Part shown: positions 13,550-29,200 of the stretch, one piece after another | How the letters are laid out: each line of letters begins with the position of its first letter | Position numbering within the stretch: the stretch's first letter is position 1 | DNA from: Kudoa neothunni | Taxonomy: Eukaryota; Animalia; Cnidaria | NCBI GenBank assembly: GCA_964304625.1 | Contig: OZ199838.1 | Span: forward strand, 16,785,469-16,849,468 | DNA length: 64,000 bases | Reading direction: 5' to 3' | The notes under the pieces: model-generated | What the model was told of the DNA's origin: nothing | The model's database searches: none | The model's input: only the letters and a program-made list of their open reading frames with translations | Translations under genes and position numbers: made by a program

Positions 13550-13789
13550 GTTATAACAATAAAGATTATTATAAAATTAATCTATTTGGTATGCAAACAT
13601 CACGATTGATTAAATAATCCTTTAAAAATACATGAAAATAAAATTTCTACCAGAATGTCTGTATAAATTAAAAATGATAAAGCGCTAATTAAACTTGAAA
13701 TAGTTTCCATGTGTTTTTTTTGTGTTTGTAATTAAATCTGCCATTTATAATTAAAAAAAATATGAGTTAGCCCTATGTTTCCCTATCTT

Positions 13790-13960
13790 TGTTCTATCGC
13801 GCCCCATTTTTTTCTGAAAAAAATTCCCTGCTTCACCTTTTTCAAAGGTATTTATTTTTTAACTTAAACTGTTTATAACGTTTAATAAAACTCCCCACCA
13901 CATTAAAATTTGAAAGCAATGAATATATACCTCGTTTCTCATTAAAATGTATTCGACCAG
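13790..13960 (+). repeat. Short dispersed repeat, diverged direct copy at ~44445-44590
   Basis: Shared TATCGCGCCC...CACCTTTTTC...CTTAAACTGTTTATAA...CCACATTAAAATT...ATTAAAATG blocks in the same order. Confidence 0.6.
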
Positions 13961-16372
13961 TTATAACTTGATTTATCGATGGTCCCTAACCCTCGGAGGA
14001 CGGTGCTCGGAAAAATTCCTTAGGGGACGATGGGGGTCCAGCCAGACACCAGCAATTTTAGACTTTTTTTTTAAAACTAATGCTGTAAAATTTTATTATT
14101 ATTATTGTAAAATTACTTTAAACTTTCTTAAGAGTTATATTAAAATAAAAAAAATTCTAGATTCTGAAAAAAACGTAACTAGTTCACCGATTAAATAATG
14201 CGTAGGTTCAATCCAGCGCGCGACCTAAATAGACTAATAACAAGGAAGATATCATATCACCATGTTTAAAAGCAGTTGATAATAAAGGAGCAGATTTTAA
14301 AATGTATTTCTGCGAATATCCACATCCTACTCACGGCGCCCTTAACCAGGAGTTTCCGATGATTTTCACTAATCGTATCATCTATTATCTACTATATATA
14401 TAGGCTGAAGTGTCCGTGGCTGCCAGCGGGATTTTAGATAAAACCCAAGATAGCGAAAAACGCTAACCTAAAGTACAACAAAAAATAGAATCATATCTAT
14501 TAAAGTTTTTAATCATCTCCCGAGTCATCAAATACGTCTACAGATATTAAATTTAGATTTATCGTCGTATTATTGCCATTTATAGGCGCGAACACTCATT
14601 CAAACTTAATGTCTAGTATAGATCAATATGTTCACAACGAATTAATTAATTCATAGTTCAAGATATATTTTGAAATAACGTAAAATTTTCTAATAAGGCG
14701 CGACAATGTTAACTGAACAACTGTGCAATCGTGCCATGTTAAACAATCTATTGTGCTGTCTTTCAATATCGTAAATGTTTAAACCCTGCACGATATAATC
14801 TGAATAGGATACGCTATTAAAAATATAAATATTAATGTCGCACATAATAAAATTTGTGTTATTATTCAATGTTTACAGGTTTTCAATAAAAACCCAAGAT
14901 TTTGTAAAAAATGAACAAACTCCCCAAGAACCCAAGATCTTGGGGAAAAACTCAAGCCCTGTGTGTCAGCAAGCACGCATCTGCGTCGAAAAATTTTGCT
15001 TATAGAGAAACATTTATGAAATTGTTTAAAAATCATAATGTTTCAACAAATTTTTAAATCTTTTTCACATTACAAAATGTCCCCAGAAATGTTTAGAAAA
15101 TGGTGATTTTGTCGATTCAAAGTTTGCTTAACGGATTACTTGAGTTAAACAAGATTAACACCTGCTTATGACCTGCTGATGGTCGGTTGAAGTTAACTTT
15201 CATTCTTATATACTTTATCAAATTTAAATTAAGCGATAGCAACTGACTTTTTATATAATGTTGGCGTGTATATTTGGGGTTTTGTACATATACACGTCTT
15301 TTGTTGGGAGTTTTAACTTGTATGACTTGATAAGTATATTTAATAAGTTCTGTTAATGGTTTAAAATATGAGAAAAGTCTATGTTTGCATCATTGAGGGC
15401 GAATTAGTCGTGTATGCGATCATCAGATAGATTGAAACTTTATAATAGGAGCACCATGTCTGTAGATTTTATTGAAGTCACCCGCTAAGTTTAACTTTAT
15501 GTGATTAAACTTAATTCAGATGGTTGTACTCTTACTTCATCTAATTATATAAATTATTTATGTTGATATTGAAGCGATTTTTAGCTGTTTGTTCGGGAAA
15601 AGTGCACTAATGTTTATGCCGGTTTGAGCGATTCTAATTTTGGCAATATCAATTAATTTTCATACGTTTTCTTTTATCTCTATTACTTTTTCTATTTTTT
15701 TCTCTTAAATAGTTAGTGATGCATAGAGTTACCGATCCGGGACAGAATTCGACTTTCAAAAATCCTCTGAGCCAAAAACTAACATTTTAGATAACACTTT
15801 AATGTAATATAAATAATTCGGTAATTTAGAAAAAAATGACGCGGACCATAAATTATTTAGCGTTCGTGCCGAACCACGAAATTTTTAAATAAACGCCGGG
15901 ATTGGAATACTCCTTCAAAGAAATAATCTTAATTTAAATTTCGTCAATCCAAATCGTTGAAAGTATGTCACTTAAAATTTTTTAGTTATTTCGCATCCAT
16001 GGGTTAATTTGAAACTTCAGAATATTTTTTGAATATTATTAAGAAACGTACCTATGTGAAATCTTCCCCAAGCGACGCTGGGTAGTTCCCGTTAGTAGTA
16101 CATAGATAGATAAAAACTGTCGAAATATAGAAATAAATTTAATTTTTCGTGTTGAATGTTATCCCTTAAGGTTGCGTCAGCACAAAAAAAATTCGATGAT
16201 TGAATGATGATTCGAAATACAACATTATGGGTTTTTCTTATGGTCACCATCGATACTATACGTTCGTATTCAATGAATCGAATCGTGTATGATCTATACA
16301 TATGGTATTTATAATATTAATTCAGACATCGTAAATACACGATTTTAATAGTTTGTTGCAATACTTATTGGA

Positions 16373-17756
16373 ATGTTGACTTCCTTAATTTTCTTTTTTT
16401 TATTAGGAACAGCTTCTCTAGGTACATTTATATTGTTTTGTCTTATCTTTATTTAAATGAAAAATAGAAAGGGCATTGGATTCTTATGAAAAAGATCCCG
16501 GGGCACCTCCAACTTGGATGACTGAGATCCAACAAAAAGCAGCAGTAGTTGACAGATGGTATGTCGACATACAAACCGCTACGTGCAAAAACTTCCAATA
16601 TTTAGGTTCCCTAGGGAATTTTAACAACTTTGTGTCGAAAGCTGTTTGTCAATATCATCGTAAGTCATAAGGCTTAAAATTTTTAACTTTAGTAATAGTA
16701 AAATTCACACCTGAAGAGCAATCCAAAGCGTGTGAATTAGGTAAAGAAGAAGGCGCTTGCAAAGTACCCGAGGCGGATAAAAAAGAGAGATGGTATTTTT
16801 TAAAGACTGGGACTGGTGAAAGTGCTACCTACTCATGCGAAAAGTTTAAATACTCTGGGTGCGGAGGAAACGCCAATAATTTTATGAGTGAGGAAGAATG
16901 CAAAAATGCTTGCAACAGTAATTAAGTTTGAATAAATGTGTTTATAATATTATATCATTAAATAAATTAACTTGATTTAGATAGAGAAAGTGGAAAAGTA
17001 GGTACTCATGTTCAAGAGAGCCAACTTACTGCAATACCTAATAAGTTTGACTGCCTTTTTGCCGCTGAAGTAGATACCGATCAACCTAAAATGGGAGTTG
17101 TACTACATAAAGACAAAAAAAGATGTGTATATGCTGCTGTTGGTAAACTGTCAAATAGAGGATTTTTTCACGAACTACCAAAATGCGTAGATACATGCAT
17201 AAGTAATAAATTGCGTTTAAAGTATGTGATGATAGTAATAATTAGCGGATTTTGTTTCTGCCTGCAATGCAATCGAACCATACCAAGAACCATCTGATGC
17301 AGATATAACTAATGAGAATGATGTTCAAGAATACTTTTATTTTAACAAAAAAGACAAAGTATGTCGTCCCTTTTACTCAAAAAAAACCCCAGGAGAATTA
17401 ATTAAAGTTGACGATGGTTCACAAAATATATTTAGTTCTGCAGAGATATGTGCGAGTTTTTGCCCTGCAAGTACTTTATGTTCATTATATTTTCAGTATT
17501 TAATATTTATTCTAATTTAGCCGGTCATCTTGGTGATCTCAAAGCGGTTGAAGCGTGCAAACAGCCAAAAGTTGGTGTGTGGAAAGAGGGCGATAAATAC
17601 AAATTAACCAGATATTATTATGATAATACAAGCGACAGTCAAAAGACTTGCAAACAATTTACATTCAACGGGAAAGAGATGAATTTGAATAACTTTAAAG
17701 ACAGCGCTACCTGCACAGCTATTTGCAAGACACCTTTAGGTACTGTGCGGAGCTAA
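16373..17756 (+). CDS. Secreted five-domain Kunitz/BPTI-like protein (paralog A), 6 exons, 382 aa
   Basis: Exons 16373-16421 (signal peptide MLTSLIFFFLLGTASL), 16468-16659, 16693-16917, 16981-17202, 17246-17470, 17521-17756; all phase-1 GT-AG introns. Domain 2 has canonical FKYSGCGGNANNF...C...C. Confidence 0.9.
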
Positions 17757-18051
17757 ATGCAAAATGACACCCTCGCCCAAAATCATAAATCTGATGATAC
17801 TAAAATATATGGCATAATTAGAATTTGGATATTTATAATTTCGCATTTTATCTTCTTTTCGTTATACAGGGGGTGATGGGTAATATGCACTCAGGGCTGC
17901 CTGGGTTTGAGTTTTTCTCCGAGATCATGGGTTTTTTTATTCAAAACCAGGAAACATTGAATAACAACACAAAATTTTATATATGGGACATTAATATTTA
18001 TATTTTTAATAACATATCCTACTCAAATTATATCATGCAGGGTTTTAATAT

Positions 18052-18462
18052 GACAGTGGCTATTTCAAGGAGAAATTAATCTCTAAAACTAACCAGCCGA
18101 ATTTACTGAAAATTTATATATTAACGTAATACATAAAGATCAATTGATTTATAAATTTATAAATGTATACAAACGTTATATAGATTACCTTAAAATAAAA
18201 CTCGTAACTGAATGAACATGTTTTTTTTAACTTTCGAACCGGTTTAATTACCAAATTATTTATTCATAAATGTATTAAAATGTTTTATAAATCCATAACG
18301 ACAATTTTTCATGGTCGTACACGTCTCATACATCAATTTGTGCACTATAGCGATGAGTCACAATTTATTTAGCGTTGGCACGAAGTTTAATTCTTTTGAA
18401 GAATTCGAAAATGCTGTAAAGATTTATGAGAAAGAATCATATTTTAATCTGTACAAATGCCA
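18052..18462 (+). mobile_element. 5' fragment of a MULE (Mutator-like) element
   Basis: Terminus GACAGTGGCTAT resembles the other MULE TIRs; MSHNLFSVGTKFNSFEEFENAVKIYEKESYFNLYKCQ is homologous to the N-terminus of ORF 37012..37524; cut off by the adjacent hAT. Confidence 0.75.
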
Positions 18463-19949
<1,487 letters not shown>

Positions 19950-20264
19950 AATACGAATTGACAGTATTTTATTAATAATTAATAAGTTTTTTGTAAATAA
20001 GTAACGATTTTTTAATTATAAATTTATATAATTTTAAAAGATAGAATGAATTTAGTGGACAGTGCACTATATAAAATCTGTTATTATTAGATTATTTCAT
20101 TAACAAAATATCCCATTATATGATATTCAATTGATTAAGGTAACTTCAAACTGAATTTCAGCACTCAAGTCTTTTCTTCCAATCGTATAGTCAGACTTAA
20201 ATTCATAATTCATCATAAGGTGCTCCTGCACCCCCCCCCCCCCCCCCCCTTATATGGAACCCTA

Positions 20265-21000
20265 ATCTATGCTGAACTTCTGCAAATTGTTTTGAACGTT
20301 TTTAGTGGTTCATTCTTAATCTATATATCCATGATTTCAAGATGCATCTTATATCGTTTATCTATCTGTACATTTAAAATAGGTGTGTCCATTTGGATGT
20401 GTGCTTAAATACACTCCTTATTTTTTGAACTTTTAATATATTTGGCTTGATAAGTACACTTTAAAAGCTTTATAGATGGTTTTTAATATAGCAAAAAAAT
20501 TCAATTTTGCTCAGTTAATGAAGAATTGGAAGTGTATGTTGTAATCAAATGGATTTAATCTTTACATACTGAAATTAGGTCCCCAAATTTCATTACAGTG
20601 ACTGTTAGACTTAATTTTAAGCGATAAGAGTTAATGTATAGATTGAAATCTTACTTTATCTAATTATTTAACATATTTTTGTTCAGATTAAGAGGCTACA
20701 AAACATTTTTTGAGGAGATTGTATAAAAATGTGTCGGACAAAATTATTAATTTGAGCAATAAAAATTAGTTATCGTAAGTTATTATCGAGTTATTCGGGT
20801 TTTGCTACTTTCATTAACTCGCTAAAATGATCTCAATTGTTTACTGTTTCCATCACAGTCTTTAAAAGTATGATATATAAAAAAAGATTTATTTAGCCTC
20901 TCCTCAGGGCTAATCAAAAGAGTCATTTGTTTATTTTTTTATCGTATTCTTCTATGACGAAATTTTCTCAATCCCCTTCGAAGCCGGCAGTTCGCGCAAG
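20265..21000 (-). repeat. Inverted copy of the 5200-5927 repeat
   Basis: Reverse-complement similarity along its whole length. Confidence 0.85.
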
Positions 21001-21313
21001 TTTTTTCTATTAGTATAATTTTTAATTTTGTTCTATATTGGAAATATAATATTAGAGGGATACGTTTCAGATATTTCTGCTTCTTTAAGCCGAAAAGTTG
21101 AGAACTTTCTAGTATTTTTAATAGCATCACTAATGGAGAGGTCAGCGGCTATGTAAATTATCTACGAAATAGGTCGACGAAAAAAATGTTTGGAGACCTC
21201 TGATTTAACTTGTTTTAATCTTATTATCCAATAAACTATTGAGTTACGTTTTTTATGTGCATTTGATAATTCATCTTCGTCTCAATTCTATTATTCTGAT
21301 CGTCTGTTATAAA

Positions 21314-22779
21314 ATGAAACAATTGTTATTCAAGATATTTGTTATGCTATATTTTCAAAATATTCTTTCAGGCAAATAAACAGTTTCATCCCACTTTAAT
21401 AATCTGTTAGATACTATATTACCCTCTTATGAAAGAGATGAGGGAGATTGGCCTGTAGATGGGGATAGAAGTATGAACAATGTCATCGATCGATGGTTCA
21501 TTGACATCCAAGATGCCACATGCAAACCTCTCGAATACCGAGGCATCAAAGGGAACTATAACAATTTCGCCTCAAAAGGACTATGTGAACTGCATGGTAT
21601 TTTTCCAACTTAATGTAAATCTACAACCATTTCTTTTAGGAACGCTGACACCAAAAGAAAAAATTAAAGGATGCAAAAAACCCCATGCATCCAGGACACT
21701 GCGTAAAAAACACATCAACGGTAAAACAGTTCTATTTTGATCAAACAAAAGCCGACTGTGTAGAGTTTGACTATAATGGATGTGGTGGGAGCTTTAATCG
21801 TTACAATGATGAAAATGAATGTAAATTATATTGCTTAAGTAAAAAGATATGAACATTTCTATAGAATTTAATTATACTTGTTAGATAAAGGGAATGGCGG
21901 ACTTACAAATGCTGATGATGATAAAATGGAAAAATCTGATGCAAAATCAGTTTACAAAATACCAAATACATTGGACTGTGAGCTTAGACCTGATGTAAAA
22001 GACAAAGACCCAAGCACCGCAATTATTGCTGATATTAAGAAAAACAAGTGCGCTTATGCAGCAGTCTCATTAGACTCGAACACAAGAGGAATCTTCCGTT
22101 CATTCGGTGAATGTGTTAAAACATGTTTTCGTAAATATATTATTTATATCATTGTCTTATGTATTTTAGCACATGCAAGTGGAGATACTGGTGTAGCGCA
22201 AAACAAAAAGAAGGTACCTGCATGCGAAGGCGATCCATTTCAATACGCTATAACTAACGAAGATCAACCACAAAGTGGTGAAATTGTGTTCCGATATTAT
22301 TATCACACTAAGGAAAAAGTGTGTAAACGCATGGAAACAAAAGAATCCCAATTTGATCCAGCGAAAAATAATTTTCCAACTATGGAAATGTGTCATAGTT
22401 ATTGCGGAGCAGGTACTTTTGCCAATTCATGGTAAAAAAAATTTAAATTATAAAAATGCTTAATAGTTACATTGTGCTTATAAACTATTTTTAATTAAGA
22501 ATAAATTTAGAGGAGTACAAAAAGAAAATTGTGATTGAAGAAACATGCATTCAAAAAAAAAAAGGAGCATGGACCAACGGAGATAAATTTAAAGTCAAAA
22601 GATATTACTATAAAAAAGATCCAAATGTATGTCAACTGTTTTATTACAAGGGGTATGATGGGAACTCCAACAACTTTGAAACATGGGAAAAATGCAAGGC
22701 AATCTGTGGTGGTCATTATGACAATGGAGTAGCAGTTACTGAAGTCACTACGTTAGAAGAAGGAAGAGATGAAGTATGA
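21314..22779 (+). CDS. Secreted five-domain Kunitz/BPTI-like protein (paralog B), 6 exons; one +1 frameshift in exon 3 as assembled
   Basis: Exons 21314-21371, 21411-21596, 21640-21838, 21885-22130, 22170-22412, 22511-22779; exon-by-exon homology to paralog A (DRWFIDIQDATCK vs DRWYVDIQTATCK; GAWTNGDKFKVKRYYY vs GVWKEGDKYKLTRYYY). Intron 1 is GC-AG; extra base in the A6C4 run at 21675-21684. Confidence 0.85.
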
Positions 22780-25700
22780 ATTAAATCATATCACGTGTTC
22801 TTATTGAAATCTTTAAAACTTGAATAAATCAGGTTTTTAAATCTTGAATTTTATATATAAATTATCACAACAGTTTTTCAACATGGATAGACTTCAAACA
22901 AATCATTAAGTAGATTGGTGATGTTACAAGTGTGTGTTTTTTAATTTGAAAATACTCTTCTTAGTAATTATTTTCGCATTTCTCCTTAGTCGCCAATATA
23001 ATATCAATTTCTTGGTTTTTGAAGCATTAATTTTTTGGAAATAGAAATAAATAAAATGTTTTATGTTTATAGTAAGTTTACTTAGTTACATTATATTCCA
23101 TTGCTTAATAATTTGAAATTCCAACTTAACCAACACCATGAATAAATAAAATAATTTTAATTTTAAAAAATTCAAAATAAATATAAAAATTCAACTAAGA
23201 ATTATTCATTATTTACTTAAAACAGAAATCGAAATTTTGACAATAAACCATTAGATAACCGCGTGTTTATTGCAACATTAGTTTGAGTTGGCATTCAAAA
23301 AAATTAAACACAAGTCAGAATAAATTGAAAATAAGCCCTAACTCAATAATTAAAATATTCTAATTACTTAAGTATTTCCGTTTTCGTTAATAAATTATAA
23401 GTGTAAAATTGAAATAACACATCGGTTCAGACTAACTTTGATTTATAAATGCAAAAAAATTAAATAAGGGCGAAAGTACCATCTTTTTATGTTTAGAAAA
23501 ACTTTAATAAACTTTTATAGAGCAGGTTGAATTAAGCACTTTTAACGAAATTACTTTTAGATTAATGTTGATATTTAGGACCTTAATATATTTTTGTTTA
23601 TGGTATTTAATTTGTGGAAAAATGTATCACAAACCTATAACAACTAAACCATATGGTAAATAATTTCCTGAAAGAAAATAGTTTCACACAAAAAAAAGAA
23701 ATTGACAATAATACATACTTTAAAAGAATCTTTTATAAAATATAACTCATAAAATGCTGTATGCCGAAATATATGTACATTTTTATCAACTTAAAAGTGC
23801 AAATTGGGGAAGAATTTTCAAATGACAGTGGTTATTGCAAGAAGTTCGTTAAATCCGAATGCTGGGGTTGTCTATTGCAACGGTAGGAACTTACTCTTAA
23901 ACTAACATGACAATAAAAAGTTCAAATTTATTTTCCTAGTGAATGATTTTATCACTAAAAGGTGAAACCAAGCATAACTTTGTTGTTTGTCTGTTTTATA
24001 GTTGATATAACGTTGTATTATACTGTATGGAGAAAGATTGTCTGCGCTTGCATGTCTTAAGAGTGTCGGCACAGGAGGAGAAATTTGATACGACGATTCT
24101 ATCACTACAATAGGCAATGGATAAATTGAAATCTCAAATCAAATGTTACTATTGTGTTAGAAATGGACACATGTCTAAAAACTGTTATAGAAATAATTCT
24201 AGTCGTTCCCGCCATTTATCTTGTTCAAGCGCAGCAAAGCAGCGAATATATGTTGATATATGTTTTGGATCAAATAAATTGACTGCTATTGTTGATACTG
24301 GTTCTGGTATCACGCTAGTTAACTATTCTTTTGTAAAACAAATATATCCAAGTCTTAAAATTATCAAATCTAATTATTAGGTGACAATGGCCACTGGGTT
24401 TACACAGCGTGTTGTTGGAACTTGCGAACTCGAAACGCATGTATTTGGAAATAAATATTTCTGTAAGTTCTACGTAATGAACGATTTGATTACAGATGTG
24501 ATCCTTGGCCTTGATATAATTGAAAAACTCAACGTTATGATTGGTGTCACGTCTTGGAAAATTTCCCAAGAGTGGAAACGTGTTTAGTCGTATCATCGAT
24601 AAGCATCCAAATGTTGAATCATTACTGACTGATTTTGATGATATTATCTATACGAAGTGAAAGAAATTGCGAATGTCTGGGGTCACCAAACATGAAGTTT
24701 ACCTAAAAGCACAATGCTACCCAATTAAACGACATCAAAGGAGAAATGTATTTTGCAATTCGACCGGCCATTCGTGACCAGATAGATACAATGATTGAGG
24801 AAGACATTATAGAATGTTCAAGCAGTCCTTGGGCTTCCAATATAGTCCCTGTGCAGAAAAAAGATGGGACCGTCGGAATATGCGTTGATTATCGACAGTT
24901 AAATGATTTGACCAAACGTGATTCATTTCCACTTCCTAGAATAAATGATATTTTGGATAATCTGAATAGAGCAATGTGGTTTTCTACAATAGATCTCTCG
25001 AAGGGTTATCATCAGATTGGTTTAAGCGACAAAGCAAAGGAGATGACGGCTTTTTATACGCCTGATGGATTGTTCCAATTCAAGCGGATGCCCTTCGGCC
25101 TTTGTAACGCGCCCGCGACGTTCCAACGGATTATGAACCGTGCCTTCCAGGAAGTGTTATACAAGTTCTGTGTTATTTACTTAGATGATATCATAATCTA
25201 TAGCGAAACAAAAGAACAATACTTGAAGCATTTGAAGAAAGTCTTCGAAATTATTAGAAATGTGGGATTATCTATAAACCTTAAAAAGTCGAATTTTTGG
25301 GCCAATGAAGTGGAATACCTCTGTTATGTCATTAACAAACATGGTATACGTTCAAATGAAAAGAAAGTTTCTTGTGTGAAAAAATGGGATGTACCTAAGG
25401 ATATTCATCAGCTCCGAAAATTCCTTAGCTTCGTGTCATATTATAGAATATTTATTCCAAATTTTGCTCAGATTGCATATCCTGTGTATAATCTTACAAA
25501 GACTGGATCAAAATTTGAATTTGATGATGAATGCTTAGTTTCTTACAAAAATTTAATTGAAAAACTTATATCTGCTCCAATTCTTACACCACCTAATTGG
25601 GAAAAAAACTTTCATTCTTGATACTGACGCCAGCAGCAATGCTATTAGTGCGGTGCTATCTCGGTCAAACAACAACGTCGAAAAGTTACTGGATATTCGA

Positions 25701-26262
25701 GTAGAATTTTGAGAGATGGAGAGAAGAATTATTCTGTCAATCGTAAAGAATTATTGGCGATTGTCAATGGTTTGCGAGAATTTAAACCTTACCTTGTTGG
25801 ACGAAACTTTATTATCGGAACAGATGAGTGACTTTAATTTTGAAATTATACACAGGAAAGGTAGTCCACGGAAATGCTGATGGTTTGTCCAGGAAATTCA
25901 ACTGTTCGATGATTGATTTTACGTCTAACTCTAGTAAACTAGAGAATGATGTAATTGAGGCACAGAAAAATGATAAATCGATTCAATTAATGATCAAATA
26001 TGTACAAAACGGAAAAAGCGTCAATCCAAAACATTTGTATAGGAAAACTTACATTTTAAGACTGTGTCGATATTCGTTGAAAATTGTTATTCCCAGTGAT
26101 ATGATATAGGGTTTCCCGATCAAAGTGAGAATTATTGCAATTAATGCAAGAAAGTTTCGATTAAATTGGTCGTAATATAAAATAATTTTTATTTCGTTTA
26201 TTGTTTAACTAACGGTAGCAACATTAGCTTCCATCCTTAACCTCCTCGGTATAAATTAAAAA

Positions 26263-29200
26263 GGCAGTGGCTATTACCACAGGAATCAATTTCTCTGCAA
26301 TTGTTATCTCTATTAAATAACTAATTTCACATTACTATTATTTATATTTTTCTCTACTAAATTATGAAAAATAAAGAAATTTGAGATGGTTGTAAATTTA
26401 TGTAAAATAGACGGTCAGAAATATAAATGTTAGCGAATTTAATAGACGAAAACAATATTAACGTTGAATTAATTATAAATATTAATCATTTCTAAATTAT
26501 TGCTTTGAGCCATGCAGTGTAAACATAACTCCACGTGTTTCACGAGTTTGGTTGAACTACAATGAGTGACTCGAATTCAGACAATTTTCATGTTGGAATG
26601 AAATTTGAAACTTTTGAAAGTTTAAAATCTTATATTCAAGAGTATGAGAAAGGTCATTTTGTGAATTTAAAGATTCGAGATTCAAGAAGAATTGACTCAG
26701 TGCAAAACCGGGTTAATCGAAATATTAAAAACACGCTAGTGTATTACGAAATAACTTATGTATGCTACTTTGGAGCCCATTACCAACGTAGAGGTAAAGG
26801 CGAACGCAAGAAAAATTCCCTTAAGAGAGATTGCCCATTTAAAGTTACATTAAGAGTAAGTGTAGACGGAAATTTCCTGGAGATTAGATCTTCTAACGCT
26901 GCCCATAAACATCCAAATGATCCATGGACCTATGAAAACTTACCCAGCACAGTCAGAGGAAATTAAACCGATGTGACGGCTATTTGTCAGAGCTTCTTTC
27001 TCTCGGAGCAAACAAAAAGCTCATACAAGCCATGATGAATGACGAGGCAGGCAAATATATACCTTTGAAAGCTATCCACAACATTAAAAAATCCTCTAAA
27101 GTCGGAACTGATAACATTACTTCTGTTTTAGAAATTTTAAAGAATCAATACAAGTGCATGGTGAGGGTTTTATCGAATGATAATAAAAATTTTTGTGGAA
27201 TCTTTTTTATGGATAAACAGATACTCAACACAATTAATTTCTTCCCAGAGTTACTCATGCTTGATGCAACCTATAAACTGCTAGTCTCGCGGTTATCTTC
27301 CGAGGTTTTCTCTATTTCGTTATTTTATTAGTTTATTAGTGCGCCATTGTATCTGTCTGTTGCAGAAGACTCGGTTGGTGAAACCCACATAACTAGTGGC
27401 TGCATGTTGTACGATGAAACGGCGGAGTCAATTAAATGGTATATTTCTCAACTAATAAAAATGATGCCGAACATGACTCAAAATGTCCGAACGATCATTA
27501 CTGACAAGCACCACACTCTAAGGAAATGTTTGAAAGAATTATTTCCTAACTCCAATCTAATGATCTGCATATTTCATGTTTCTCAAAGTTTTTGACGTGA
27601 AATAACTATGTCGAAATAGAGTATCACTCGAGAGAAAAGGAACTAATTGCTTGAAACTCTTAATAAAATTATCTATTCGAAAAATAAACATGAATTCGAT
27701 AAACTATGCAATAATTATTTTCAATAAAGCAATGATAAATTTATTAACTATTTTAAATCCAATTGGGAACCAATCGCTGATGAATGGGTCATAGGATTAA
27801 GTGTAGCATATCCTTTCTATGAAAACTTGACCAATAATAGATTAGAAGCCATTAATGATCAACTAAAACAAACAATAAAGAAATTTTCAAATCTTAATGA
27901 TTTTTTCCGTTTATTTTTTGACGCTCTCAAATCTATGAGAATAGAAAGGAAATACAGTATAACCAAAATATTACTGAACCCAGTTAATTTTGATACCTCA
28001 AATGAAGTTCTAAACGCGTATTTTAATCATTTAAATCCATTTTCCTTCAATATAATCCACAAACAAATTCAAAATTTTAACGAAAACACGAATACAGATA
28101 GTGTAACTACATTCATAAGATGTAATTGTTATATTTACAGATCGTACCTCCTTCCATGTAGTCGTATTTTTAAAAAGAGAGCGTTTAACCTGCTTCCGAT
28201 GTTCGATTCAAATCTATGCCACTCTAGATGGTCACAAGATTACATGAGCCGATTCTTGGAAATGGAAACTATAAATATAACACCAAAAGAGAGTATTACA
28301 ATAAAACCGAAAGGAATTTTTAATTCTTATGGAAAACGTTTAAAAAATTCCGTGATTTACACAAATAAGCTAGCAGCTTTGTCCGCTGAATATTGTGGGG
28401 AGTTTTATGATAGTTGCCGATCACTATTCAACACAATAGAAAAAATAATCAAGAACCACGACATCAAATTAATAAAACAAATAAATCAATTAGTTATTTT
28501 AAGAAAACTTAATTTTTCTTGATTTATTTTTAGGAAATCGCACCATTGAATACTCTGAGGCTATAGCCGAAGATGAAGATATCTCTGAAGGAAGAGGTAT
28601 ATGACACTTAACTTGAATATTTTACTCGTATCTAACTTACAAAAAATAGATGTTATAGAGAATATTTTTAATTCTCAAATAATTGTTGAGGGTGTTGGTA
28701 ATAATATTATTCCGCAAGGTGAGGAGATTATCGAGAATATTATTGTTAATAATATTTTAAATGAAAATGCTCCCGAGCTCCAAACTGTTTTATCTAAAGA
28801 TCAATTAGCACCTACTTTAAATATGATCGAGCTTGATGGTACTTTCATTTCCTTTCTTTTTTTAAATTATTTTAGCCTTAAAAATTCCCTCTCAATTGAA
28901 GTCTGTTGGGAGACCAAAGGGATACGCTTTAACCACTATTGGGTACAAAAAGAAAACTAAATTTTCTTAGATCTCTCATTATTTATTTGACTGGGATAAC
29001 CATTGTTCATCGTGTTACATTTATCTAATTTCAGAAAAATGACCTAATTATGATTAATTTTTTCAAAATTCTTGTCAATATTGAAATCTAAAGAGGAAAA
29101 TTCACATCATTTCTGTGAAATATAATGAGCATATCTTATCTTGAAGTTCATAATTTATGAATAGAATACAATAAATCACATAATTTAAACATTTTAAATA

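Noticed and set aside
15375-15432. Hammerhead ribozyme on the minus strand (CTGATGA...AAAC), as in Penelope elements
   Set aside because: GAAA core and stem III/cleavage triplet are missing
14930-17940. Related hAT-like ends (...AACTCAAGCCCTG at 14961, CAGGGCTG...TTGAGTTTTT at 17892) flanking Kunitz A, suggesting a captured gene
   Set aside because: Their orientation places the gene outside both elements rather than inside one, and no TSD was found
22131-22169. Apparent transmembrane segment (KYIIYIIVLCIL) in ORF 21878..22435
   Set aside because: It is a 39-nt in-frame GT-AG intron at the position homologous to intron 4 of paralog A; the hydrophobicity follows from AT richness
24378-24380. 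Programmed TAG readthrough between gag and pol
   Set aside because: The stop lies inside the protease domain of an element with many other lesions, so it is decay
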